Assembly (NCBI GenBank): GCA_043228905.1
Contig: JBHGNT010000010.1
Span: 21,762,001-21,826,000, forward strand
Reading direction: 5' to 3'
DNA length: 64,000 nt
Source of the DNA: Azolla caroliniana
Lineage: Eukaryota; Plantae; Polypodiophyta
This document shows, in pieces, positions 1 through 11,900 of the stretch; within the stretch, counting starts at the first letter, position 1, and each line of letters begins with the position of its first letter. Below the pieces are notes generated by a model that had not been told where the DNA came from, made no database searches, and was given only the letters and a program-made list of their open reading frames with translations. Both the position numbers and the translations under genes were made by a program.

Positions 1-469
1 AACAAGGTTAGTTTGCATTTTCAGCAGGTCACTAGTTGCTGTTGTCGCTTCAGACTTCTTTTGCTCCAAATCTTTCAGCAAATCGGCACATTTCTTAGCT
101 AGAGCATCTTTCTCCCCAATAGCTAAGTGTAAGGCATTCTCAGTTTCCGCATTATCTTGTTTGAGTTGAACAACATTAGCTTGCATTCTCAGCAGTTCAC
201 CAGTTGCTCTTATGGCGTCAGACTTCTTTTCCTCCAAATCTTTAAGAATGTTCGTGTATTTTTTATCTAGTTCATCCTTTTCCAGAATAGCCAAGTTTAA
301 AGTATCCTCGGTTTTAGCATTATCTTGTTTCAGTTGAACAATGTCAGTCTGCATCTTCAGTAGGTCTCCAGTTGCCCTTATGGCTTCAGACTTCTGTTCC
401 TCCAAATCTTTCAGCAGATCTGTGAATTTGTGATCTAGTGCATCCTTCTCTTCAATAGTTAAGTTTAGT
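1..469 (-). repeat. Coding tandem repeat, 168 nt (56 aa), about 2.8 copies visible, in the NET coiled coil
   Basis: Motif tgcat..tcag recurs at 14, 182 and 350; unit LNLTIEEKDALDHKFTDLLKDLEEQKSEAIRATGDLLKMQTDIVQLKQDNAKTEDT. Confidence 0.9.
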
Positions 470-3400
470 CTGTCCATAATAATCTTTTTATCCTGTTCTG
501 CACTGTTCAATGCTTGTTGCAACCTCTGAAAATCCTCATCTTGCTTATGCATATCTTTCTTCAAGGATTCAACAATGCAAGTGAGTTGCTTTTTCTCATT
601 CAGAAGGTTCAACACTTCTTCCTTGAGACTGTCACCTGTCTGCAATGCCACCATTATATCTTTCTCCATTACCCCTTTCTCGCTCTCTAACACTTTGATA
701 TGTTCCTCCAGCTCATTATATTTTTCTACATGAGTACTGATGTTTCTAGTTAAATTCGCTCTATCTTCTGTGAGCAGGATAATCTCTTTCTGGAAATCAT
801 CGATTTGCTTCATCATGGAAAGCTTCTCTTCCTGCCTTTTCTTCTGGTCTTGTGAATAGGAATTGTTGGCTGCTTCAGCCTTGGAAAGTGTTTCATTCAA
901 TGTCTCTATTTCTGTCATTAGCTTCTGAGTAACATCAGAGCTCTTTTGCAACTCTAAAAGTAATGATTCTTCTCGGTTTTTCAAAACAGATTTATCTTCC
1001 TGTAAAAGGGCCACATCCTTGCAAAGCATTGAATTCTTGTTCTCCAGAAGAGCAACCTCGGCCTCAAGATTGCCAATGTCTCTCACCTTGTTTTGAGCTT
1101 CATTTATTAGGTTTACATTTCGTGCATCCAAATCAGAAAGTTTGCATTGCAAATTATGTATTTCTACCTTAGCCTTCTCATTATCTTCTACTATGATTTT
1201 ATTTTCTTCTTCAACCTTAACAAGCTGATCTTTCAGTGACAGATTTTCCCGCTGCATTATTTCCTTGTTGCTTTCCAAACTAGAGATTATATGCTGCATG
1301 TCATTATGCCGGTTTGAATGAGTAGCAACCTCACCAAGAAGTAGAAATCGCTCTTCTGTTAAATGGCGATGATTTGTTTCAAGCTCCTCATGATTTTTCT
1401 TTACAGTAAATATCTCATCTAAATATTTCTGTTGTTTAAGAAGCAGAACTTTATTTGCTTCTTTTTCTGAGACATTAGCTTGATGTAACTCCTTCACTTC
1501 TAACTCAAGGTGGTTTTTCCTCACCAAGCATTCCCCAAGTTCTGTGGATAAAGAATCACATTGCTCTTTGAGAGAATTTATCCGCTCCTCTAGACCATGT
1601 TCATGGACTAAACGTGATGAAATGTCAGCATTCAATGCTACAATTTGGCCATGCAAATCTGAAATTTTTTCACTTAATATTTCAATGCTTCTTTCTTTCT
1701 CGGCCAGTTGATCAACCACTGATCCATGTGCAATCACTTCTTGGGAGAGTTTTAGCTTCAAATCATTTATTTGAGCTTCAAAATCACCGAGTTTCCTGGT
1801 GCAATCTTCATTCTGCCTTGCTAACGAGATGTTATCTTCCCTTGAATTGTGGATCTGTTCTTCTAGTGATTTGACTTCATTCTTCAGTTTTTCGATGACC
1901 TGAGCCTTAGCATGATCTTCGTATTGAAGAGATTTTTGAGCTACCATAAGGATTGCAAGTTCTTCCTGAACTTTCTGAGCTGCCTCAGCTGTGACTTGAT
2001 GGTCTGATTGTGTTGTAATGTAGCGCTCATTTAGGTCACTGTTTTGTTGTTGCAAGCTTTCACACTTTTGCTCTACTTGTTGCATTGCAATTGTTAGGTT
2101 CATTTTCTCACTTTCCAACGAAGAAATTTTAAGCTCAGCAACTACCAATTTGGATTCCAGATTTGCTTTAATCTCGCATCGCTCCTTTTCTAGTTCAGAG
2201 ATTGCTTGCAAAGCTTTTGCTTCTCTTTGCTGAAAAACATCCTTCTCTTTTAAGGAACAGCTCAAATCATCTTCTAGTGCTTTTAGGAGGGCCTTCTGGG
2301 TCGCAAGCTCTTGCTTGAGCATACTACCCTCTGCTGCCTTAGCCATGGCTTCCTCGTGTATCTTTCGATACTCCTCATCGCCTTTTCTTGCCTGCTCTAA
2401 TGCTTTCTCAAGGGCATCCTTGATACCTCCCTTCTCTGCAGATAAAGATGAGAGGTTGAGCTGAAGTTCTTTAATTTCCAAACTTGCCTTCGTAGCCATG
2501 CCCTCAAATGCCAACTTTTCATCTTTAAGAAAGGAAATCTCTGAAGAACTGGATGCTATCTGTTCCTTAAGCTTTATTTCGGCTGCTTCTAAAGATTCAC
2601 ATTTCTCTTTAAATTTCTCGTATTGAGCTTCCAAGCTTTCCCTTGCCTGAACAGCTTCATCAACGTCAGATTTGAGCTTTAGTATGAGCTTTGCACTCTC
2701 AACTTTCAAAGATTCGAGCCTTGTATTTTCTTCCTCCAACCTACTGACTATTTCCTTCAGTTTCTCAATTTCTCCAGCCTGCTGCTCTGACTTTTGAGTA
2801 ATAGTTTGCTTCTCCTTTTCAGATAGCTTGAGCTCTTCCTGCAAATCCCGGGCATTTGTTTCAGCTATAGATTTTTCATGCTGGAAAAGGTTCTTCTCCT
2901 TCTCAGAATCCAGAAACAGCTGCTCCAGATCATTCCTGTAAGTGATAAGTTTGTTCAGTTTATTCTCAAGCTCTGTCACAGCAGATGCTTTCATCTCAAT
3001 CTGATCTCTGAGCCTTTGATTTTCTTCCTCGAGAACAAGAATCTTCTGTTGTAAATCGTGTATTTGCTGTTCGAAGGCTTCCTTAGCAATTAGTAAATCC
3101 TTCTCACTTTCTTCTTGAAGAGATGTAAGAGCATCTTGCAACTTCTGCTTAGATGCTTCTGCTTCCTTGATCTTTTCCAGATGCTCTGCTTTAAGAGACT
3201 CGATATCTGAGAGTTGATGCTTGAAAGCTGTAATTTCACTTTCTAAGTGCTTATTTCTCTGATATGCTTCCTCGACCTGCTTGGTACATTGCTCGGCAAG
3301 TTGTGATTTCTCTTCTTTCAATGTAATAAGGGAATGATTTAACTTAAGGTTCTCCTCTTCCAGTTTCTGTCCCTGTTCATGGAAAGACTTCAATTTCTTT

Positions 3401-4819
3401 TTACTGGTCTTATCCTCTGCTTCAAGGCTCCTCAATCTTGTTTGCATACTCGAAAACTCGAACTGGATTGTCTTCAATTTAGCAACATCAGTAATGAGTG
3501 CTTTATTCTCCTCCTGATAGTGCTTTAGATCACGGTGAAGCTGTGAAACATCAACAGCCACAGGCTCGGAACCACTCCGACCAACATCATCATGAAAACC
3601 TGGAAACTTGTGCTTGAATCCAAATGTTCGAGTCAAATTATTCATACGAAAAGCCAATGGAGATGATTCATCTTCATCCGTATGAGCCTTTGCAGATGGG
3701 CTATCAGAATCGAATTCAGAAGGCCCGGTGTACGAATAGGAAGGACTAATGATATCAAACCCGTCTATACCTCGTTTTGAACTAAGTTCGGTGGGGGAAT
3801 TCTGAGCTGATTCAGGAGAGACCCCTAACTGAGCTTGTAAAGCTGGGGCTACGTTCAAGCGAATCTCTCTGGTGAGGGTATCGTGGCGCTCGGCCAATGC
3901 CCGATAGTTCTGGTGAAACTCTCCGATCAAGGAGATCAGTTCTGGCCTTTTTCTGTAAAACATCTCTGCTCTCTGAGCAAATGAATCTGCATCCTCTTCT
4001 ATTATTGTTAGCATGGCAGCCACCTTTCCATTCATCTCTGGCAAAAAAGTAAGAAGAAAACCATTAGAATTTCTCTGCCTAATGCACAAATGTATGATTT
4101 CCCACATACTATTATTCCCTTCTTTCTTAGTAAAAACATCCTATCACACGTATCCATGAATTTCCTACATCTTTTTCTTAGTGGAACATCCTATTATAAT
4201 TTACTTCTTCATAAACATACTATCATTCATATCCATGCATCTCCTAGCTTCTTTAATAATAATAAAAATCATAACATTTGTGCCCATGAATCTCCTTTTC
4301 TTGGTTAGTTAAAAAAATGATGTCATTCATATACACAAATATCCTACATATTAAATTCATAGTGAAAAAATACTATCATTCATCCAAGCCATTTGTTTGT
4401 GAAAACATCCTATAATTCATATCTGTGAATTCCCTTGATCAATTGATGGTAATAACAGCCTATCCATCATAACAATGAATCACTTGACTATAATTCATAT
4501 CTGTGAATTCCCTTGATCAATTGATGGTAATAACAGCCTATCCATCATAACAATGAATCACTTGAACCTGTTTCTTTACAAAAACATCATATCCATAAAT
4601 GTGATATCTTCCAGATCTTCTCAATCATATTCATGAATCTGAAATTTTCTATATCTTGTTCTTAATGGATAAAACATCCTATCATTCATGTCAATTGTTT
4701 GGCTGCTAATCTGAAGACTTACCCGATACATTCTCTTGAAGCCATTTTGAATTTATAGGGCTTATATGGCTGTCCCACCACCAAGAATGGGATCGTGACC
4801 GGTCGGTATTCTTCATCAT
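1..4819 (-). CDS. NET: NETWORKED (NET) family actin-binding protein: N-terminal NAB/KIP1 domain plus very long coiled coil; 3'-partial. Coding exons 4819-4723 and 4037-<1 (>=1378 aa)
   Basis: Minus-strand translation MMKNTDRSRSHSWWWDSHISPINSKWLQENVS|EMNGKVAAMLTIIEEDADSFAQRAEMFYRKRPELISLIGEFHQNYRALAERHD is the NAB/KIP1 signature. The GTAAG donor at 4722 and CAG acceptor at 4038 are phase-1 compatible. Exon 2 reads as E/K/L/Q-rich heptads in spot checks, and the absence of any minus-strand ORF in 1..4037 in the track fits a frame with no stop before the window edge. Probable 5'UTR intron 4880-5375. Confidence 0.93.
4410..4565. repeat. Perfect 78-bp tandem duplication in a NET intron
   Basis: ctataattcatatctgtgaattccc...gaatcacttga occurs at 4410-4487 and 4488-4565. 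Confidence 0.95.
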
Positions 4820-5709
4820 TGCCAGGTTGACTCCGAAAAGATTCCATGTTAACCCATCAAGGGCTTATCATACAAATCTCTGAAAAGAAACAAAAACAAC
4901 AATTGTAGGCCGATTAGTAGAACAGGATGGATAACAATATAATAAATCCAACCTATGAGAATTGGTTAGAAAAATTAGTGGATTGCATCCGTCAATGTTA
5001 TAGACACACACACACACACTTGATCGGATAAAGTGAATGATGATTTATGATTCCAACAGCAGTTGTGCCAGGCAATACTAATGTTTCATACTTGGTCGCA
5101 CTTAGCCCTTGACAAAACAAATTGGGGCATGGATTATCAGATAGCTTGGTTACACCTTGGTTTGTTGGGGATGAGAGGACCGATCAAGGGCATATAATTC
5201 GAAACATGGATAATTTCAGGGTCATCCGAACATGTGGTCTTGGATAGTGGTTAAGACTTGATTTCTTCCAGACAAGAGGGCCACAAGGATGTATGGTTCG
5301 AAACATGAATTTATATGAAGCGTGTTCTAAAACGACAGAGAGAGAGAGAGAGAGGAATTATCATCGAGAACTCACCGGTAGAGAGGTTTGAGTGAGATCA
5401 ACAGGAAAACAGTGATTTTGTGATTTATTAAAAAAAATAAAATTGGGAGGAGAGCTTCTTCTGTGAGCAAGGTGATCTGAAGCTAACAATTCCTTCTGCT
5501 CAAGGAGAGAAGAAGGCGAAGAGGAGGAGGAAGAAGAAGAAGAGCATCAGATCTCTGAAAAGACGAAGTATGACGTGGGCATCGAGATAAAAAAGGTGGA
5601 GAAAAGTAGCTGGTGATGGGGGGGACCTTTCTGCAAAGCAAGCAAAAAATAACCCCCCCCCCCCCCCCCCCAACCAACAAAAATGGATCTCCCATATGTA
5701 TACATATGT

Positions 5710-6137
5710 TTAGTTGTTGAGAAATGGACACCCAACCCAATCAACTCAAGACTCACACCTAGTTATAGTGTGTGTGTGTGTGTGTGTGTGTGGTTAGTTG
5801 TTGAGAAATGGACACCCAACCCAATCAACTCAAGACTCACACCTAGTTGTAGTGTGTGTGTGTGTGCTATATCTAGATCACTATACACCTACCTTATACC
5901 TAACCACCTACCTCCTTTGTTTATCGAGCTATTGTGGGCGCCTAGAAATCCCCCTCCCCGAATCCATAATTCAGTTCATCCTGGCCTGAAATGCTCTCCA
6001 CACGAAAAGAATGGAACTATATGTGCTTTGTCTATCGAGCTATAGTGGGCGCCTACAAATCCCCCTCCCCGAATCCATAATTCAGCTCGTCCTGACCCGG
6101 AATGCTCTCCACACGAAAAGAATGGAACTATATGTGC
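5710..6137. repeat. Two adjacent tandem duplications upstream of NET: 84-bp unit x2 containing (GT)n (5710-5866) and 111-bp unit x2 (5915-6137)
   Basis: ttagttgttgagaaatggacacccaaccc at 5710 and 5794; ctttgt.tatcgagctat.gtgggcgcc at 5915 and 6026. Confidence 0.9.
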
Positions 6138-9100
6138 ATGATGACTACCCAAGTTGAGACTTTAGGAAACTTTTTTGGGCGGGGGAGGGGGGAGCTTCAT
6201 TACATATTACCATAGGGAGTCATATGGGCTCCTTTTTTTTTATTGGCCTCAATGCTCACAAAAAAATTTATTTATTCCATCGAGGTTTGTCGCAAAACTA
6301 ATTGAGCCTAGATAGTCAAATGCATCTCTCAAAGGTATATTAGGTCACAATGTTACTTGTCGGTCCAAGGAGCACATGTGCTTTCTCATTGGTATGCATT
6401 CTCTTCATGTTTAGGAAATTTGTCTTTATTCCACTGACAAATGAATTGTTGCACTACTATCCATTGGTATAACTTATATCAATGTTCAAGATTTTCTTGA
6501 TTTACTTACCTCAATACACTTTTTATTAGTCTACTTGGTTTGGGAAATTTCTTCTACTCGTAAGCTAAAGGAGTCATTGTGAAACAATAGAACAAACGAG
6601 AAAAACACTTGTATACATAAAGGAATTTCATTGAAATTTGTACATGTTTCTATCATATATTGTTCAATTTATGAATATTTCCAATCCATGAGTTCAAAAT
6701 CCAAGTGCAATTTAGAGAGTTGTATTAATTTTGTTTGAATCATCCTCATGCATGTCAATAACTCGACATGTCGTTTTGTTGACTCTTTGTTACAACGTTG
6801 ATTACATGATAAATGCATGCACCTAACTTGTCATTGTTGAGTGAGTAGTTTTGATCGTTTGGTGTTAGTTTATTAGGTGAGCAAGTATGCTTGAATTAAC
6901 CTGGCGTGCATTACCTCGTACACATGAGATTGTTTTGAGTTTATTTGGTGAACAAGCATGCACATAGGATTGGTTTACATGTCCTTTTAGTCATGCAATA
7001 AACTCCTTTCGATAGTCAATATTGAAACCTAGCACAGAAAAGCTTGACATTAGGGGAAAAAAGTGTTAATGTAGAAATATTTCCCATTAATATTTTAATA
7101 AATCTCTATTTATGAAGATCACGTGATACTGTAGATATAGTCAGATATTTATGATGTTTTTATAGCTCTTGTTGGTTATAGTCAATATTTATGATGTTTT
7201 ATTAGTTCCTACCAATAATTACGGCCTTACAAATCATTCTGCTATATCTCTACTTCTCTATTTGCAAATTAGAGTGATTGCATGACATTGAGACTTGCAG
7301 GTGATGTGGCACAAATAGTATGATCACAATCAACATTCACCTTTTAGAGTTATCACGACATTCAATTATCATCTAGCATTGTAATTTCTATCATAGATTG
7401 CATGCAAACTTCTTGATGTAATGCCCATATATTCACAACTAGAGCGACAAAATAACCTCTAAAAAACAAATCGACATATATATACATTTATTTATTATTT
7501 ATTTATAGGTCTTGAACTAAAAGTATTCACAATGTGTACCATGTGGCCTTTGTAAAAAGAGTTTGATTAAAATAAGAGCATCAATGATTAATGATTGAGA
7601 AATGCTTCATTATACAACATACACAATTTTTCCTTGCGTTCTGGCTTTATGGTTTACTTTTCAGAATTAGATAATTGCTCCGTAGATATTGGTGTAATGG
7701 TTATTCCTCATTCACTCTAGATTGATCAACCGACTTTACATGACTCCTCTCTTATTAGTGTCAACATCATTCAGATGCTATTTAAACAAAGTTATGCTCG
7801 CCTTTCATCTTATTTGAATCTAGTAGGTCACAACTCTTAAATGAAAATTTTATATTATGTATATAATCCATGGGTCCTTGTCATTCTATAAAGAAAGTCC
7901 CGAATCTATCTCCATTGTTGTGCCTTCACTAAAGGGTTTACTATTCTTCCTATTGTTAATTTTCCACAAATTATGTTTTAGTTAATCAAATAGAGTTTAT
8001 TAGCAAATTCTCTCTTGCTCACGAAATTCAATGCACAATGCTCCACACTAACTTCTTTAATTACATGGCAACTACTTTTAGTGTGATGGGCATGCACCTA
8101 GTTTTGACGCCTTATCAACGAATCCCCCAACTTAGAATGTGGGCTTTCAACTCATATAACTTTTCTTGTCATTTTATAGTCATACTATATTTGTCATCAA
8201 ATAAAAATTTTGGTCTACAACAAAATCCAACTACTTATAGTACATCATTATTAGAGTGGATGGTTTGTAGTGGTATAGAGGTTCCAACTGTTAACATGTG
8301 GTTTGTCCTTAGGAAGTACAAATGTTGCAACTTAATTTTTTTACCAAAAAATGAGGTCCCACTTATTTTGTGTCCAAAAAGTCGATTTTATTTCTCCTTC
8401 AAGAACATGTTATGCATTACATTGTCAAATTTTTACTTCACATGTTTTTACTAAAAATCGGCGTACAAGATCACGCCCTACTCTACAAATTAGATTTAGT
8501 GTTATGATGCATGGTCCTTTTTCCTTGCTCAATAATTAAACCATGAGATAATACTAGATGCACGATATCAAGAGGTCATATCCTCTAAAGCTTCGTGGCA
8601 TAATTTCGTTAAAAGCATACTTCCATCTTGAAGAGTACAACATCAATCACTTGTGCAAAAAAACAAACCAAAATTATGCAAACTCGGAATATCATACAAA
8701 TATTGAACATAGTGAGTAACTGATGTACCCTCTTTTAAAGATTCTTTTATTATTTATTCACATTTTAGCTTATTAAAAATTCTTGACAGTATAAGTTTAT
8801 GAATGTGGTGGTGGAGTGATGAAGTGACTGATTTGAAACATCGAGGTTACGGACTTGAGTTTCAAGCAATAAGCTTGTTGTTGCATTCAATAAAAGTTAT
8901 TAAGACTATGTGTACCCTAGTTGGATTACTATCATTTAAACTTTTACTTAATTGTGCAAATAGTGACATTTTTCTAATCGTTTGCACCACTCTCATATGT
9001 GGAACTATGTATCTGTTACCAAATTAAGATTGGTAGTAGTGACGGGCTTAATGCATGGCTAAACTCATCTTAAATCTTATCTTTATTTTTGTTTGGAAGT

Positions 9101-11807
9101 GCAATAAATTGTATTTTTTGTGGTTTGGAGAAATGTTGATGCCCATGTTTTAAAGAGTGTTTCAAGAGAAACCATTAGTGTGCACGGTCTCAATTTCTCA
9201 GAGTAAAATTACAAATCCTATTGAGTTTGATGTCAATGCAACACCAAACCTACTATTACTCATGACTTTAATATTAAAGTTTGACGCCAAATGTTGCAAA
9301 GCAATGGATCAAATTATTCGCTAGTGGAGAGCGTGCAAGAAGGTAAAGGGCATATACATAGTTTGTACTTGGGGAGTGTAAAACTCTAAAGCTCGAAGTA
9401 TCAAACCACAAACTTGTTAATAAATATTAGTTAACACTAAAAAAGTGAGATTTTATGATATGTTGACAACAAACGTCTATATGTAGCATTGTCACGATAA
9501 TTGACCATATCTTTAAATTATTGTGTGTAAATTGTCATACTTTTTCTCCAAACATCTAAACCTAACTCGGTCATACATGTTAGAGCCATGTTAATGGAAA
9601 TAATGTCATGCTTGTTTGTTTTTATATCTTATGAGGTGTAATATTTCCATATCGAGAATATTGGTTAGAGACCAAATGTACATGTATAAGAAATAAACTC
9701 ATGTGCTAATTTTTGTAAGGAAATACCCTTTATTAGGTGATGTTGGCTAATGCTTAATCGGCTAATAAATTGGGCTATTTTTAGGTTCTCATTTTCTCCC
9801 GTTTGCATCCAATATATGAAACACATTGGCCCCACATTTCCCCCTCCCATTTCCCCAATACAAAACATTGCTTCCGTAAGACTTAGCACACATTCTCTTA
9901 GATGTGAGGTAAGTTATTGGTGTTTTTCTAAGGATGCCCACTGTCTATGCATGCTTTGTATATATCTTGTTCATGGGTTTGAATATCTCACTAAACTAGA
10001 ATGTTCCACCTTTAATTGCATTCAAGGTTACGTTCTCGGCATTTTCAACCTTCGGCTATCCATTAACACATTTCTCACATAGGCACAATGTGCGCTCTAA
10101 AGTACAATAACTATCATTGGTTTTCTCAAATGTTGAGAATCAATCATTAAATCACGCACACACTATGAAAGTGTTTCACTTTGATCCCAGAAGTTCTCCT
10201 CAAATGATTGTAAAATCTATTTGTTTCAATTATAAATGGGATAATTAAGCCTTTATTTGGGGGTTTCCAATTTGGAGACTTATCATAACTTTTGTCTTGC
10301 TTATGTAATTAGGCTAATGCTAATGATTTGCATATTTTGGTAGTAACATTGTTTTTTAAGCCTTAATTTGTGGAATTCAGGATGCAATTGGTTAGTAGAT
10401 AATATTGCTTTTATAAATGTAATGTTATACCTCATTTCTAAGCTTTGATCAATAACCACACAGAGCAATGGGCTACCTTTATCACTTCAATGCGATGTTT
10501 GTCCATTAAGATGTATAGATAAAATGTGCTAATTTCTTCTTAACAAGACCACCATCCAATGGAAATTGACTACTTTATGTATCCATCACACTTTTGATTT
10601 ACTTGTTTGACACTTTTGTAAGCGGGTTGATTAGTTGATATCAATTCTAAATCTAACAAATAGGCATATTCCAACAATTTTCACTTGTATCATGCCGAGA
10701 GATACGTGTGGGCGTATAATCAATTCATTTTATTGTAACTCTTCATGTTGCATATAAATGTAATGTTGCCATGCTATGCTTTATTGTGTTACAACTTGTT
10801 TATCTTATCACCTAGTATTAAACTCCAATTTATAGGTCTAGTATCCATTTCCAACTTTGAATGAGAAGGAGATATTCTTGTATGAAAATTTTGTAATTTT
10901 CAACTTTCTTGAAATTTTGTAATTATTGACTACATTTTTTTTATTGTATCATAGTTTAGAGAACGATTACATGCATGCTTATAATGGTGGCATTAAAACG
11001 GTCAACAATTGCCATGTATGATGTGGATCCATGTATATGTGCAATATGGATTTTTTTTTATACTCTTGGCACTCCCATGCAATAATAAAACCTATGTAGT
11101 GCTAAAGAATCAATGAGGTGTAGTCTGAGTTTTATATTCACATTAAGCAACTCCGAGATTGGCACATGCATACTCATGAGTAAGGTGTAATTAACACATA
11201 GATCATATCAATGAGTTGTATGAATCTAGTCCTAAACCACGCGATATATACTTGAATACATTTAAATGCATTATTTTGCTTTAATGTTTTTTTTTAATAA
11301 TTGTACAAGTTTATATGAGAAGGAATAACCAACGTTGACTTAGTGACAATATTTTCAATTTCATAAGTGATATCTACTAATAAACAATTTTCTTGTTTGA
11401 TCATGATCCAATCATACATTTGAATTTAGGAACCTCATCTAGCTCATTGATTTTGTGTTCTCCCATTAGGTGATAATAATGTTGGGTTATTAGACCAAGA
11501 ACGTGGCATAGGAAATGAATTGGTTTGCTTATGCAAAAATGTGTTGGTGTGCACCAAATAAATGATGAGAATTATTGTTTATGTCGCAAATTTGCAATGA
11601 CATGTCATGTATTTCATATCGTTGACATAACATTAAAACATGAATAAACTCAACACATGAAGGATGCATCAATAGTTTGAAAGTGAAAAGTAAAAACTTC
11701 AAGGCTCATGGGGGTAGTGAGATGGGATTAGATATGCTTGTTGTTACGTAAAAGGGTTGGTCCTACTCATTAGGTAGGCAACACCCTATATGTATATAAT
11801 TGGTTCG

Positions 11808-11872
<65 letters not shown>

Positions 11873-11900
11873 AGAAGAAGAAGAAGAAGAAGAAGAAGAA
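11808..11900. repeat. Compound microsatellite (TA)n(GA)n(GAA)n at the 5' boundary of the LINE
   Basis: Directly visible. Confidence 0.97.

Noticed and set aside
963-1874. Plus-strand ORFs 963-1172 and 1614-1874
   Set aside because: Antisense to the NET coding exon; no independent support.
5683-6137. CRISPR-like repeats, or a 120-aa repeat protein
   Set aside because: Head-to-tail duplications with no unique spacers and no cas genes, in a eukaryotic context; the ORF merely reads through the duplication and (GT)n.
6500-11700. Possible hAT-like transposase relics in AT-rich DNA
   Set aside because: Only faint motif echoes (e.g. SLEKHQ..SH on the minus strand near 9900-9935); too degraded to support without a search.
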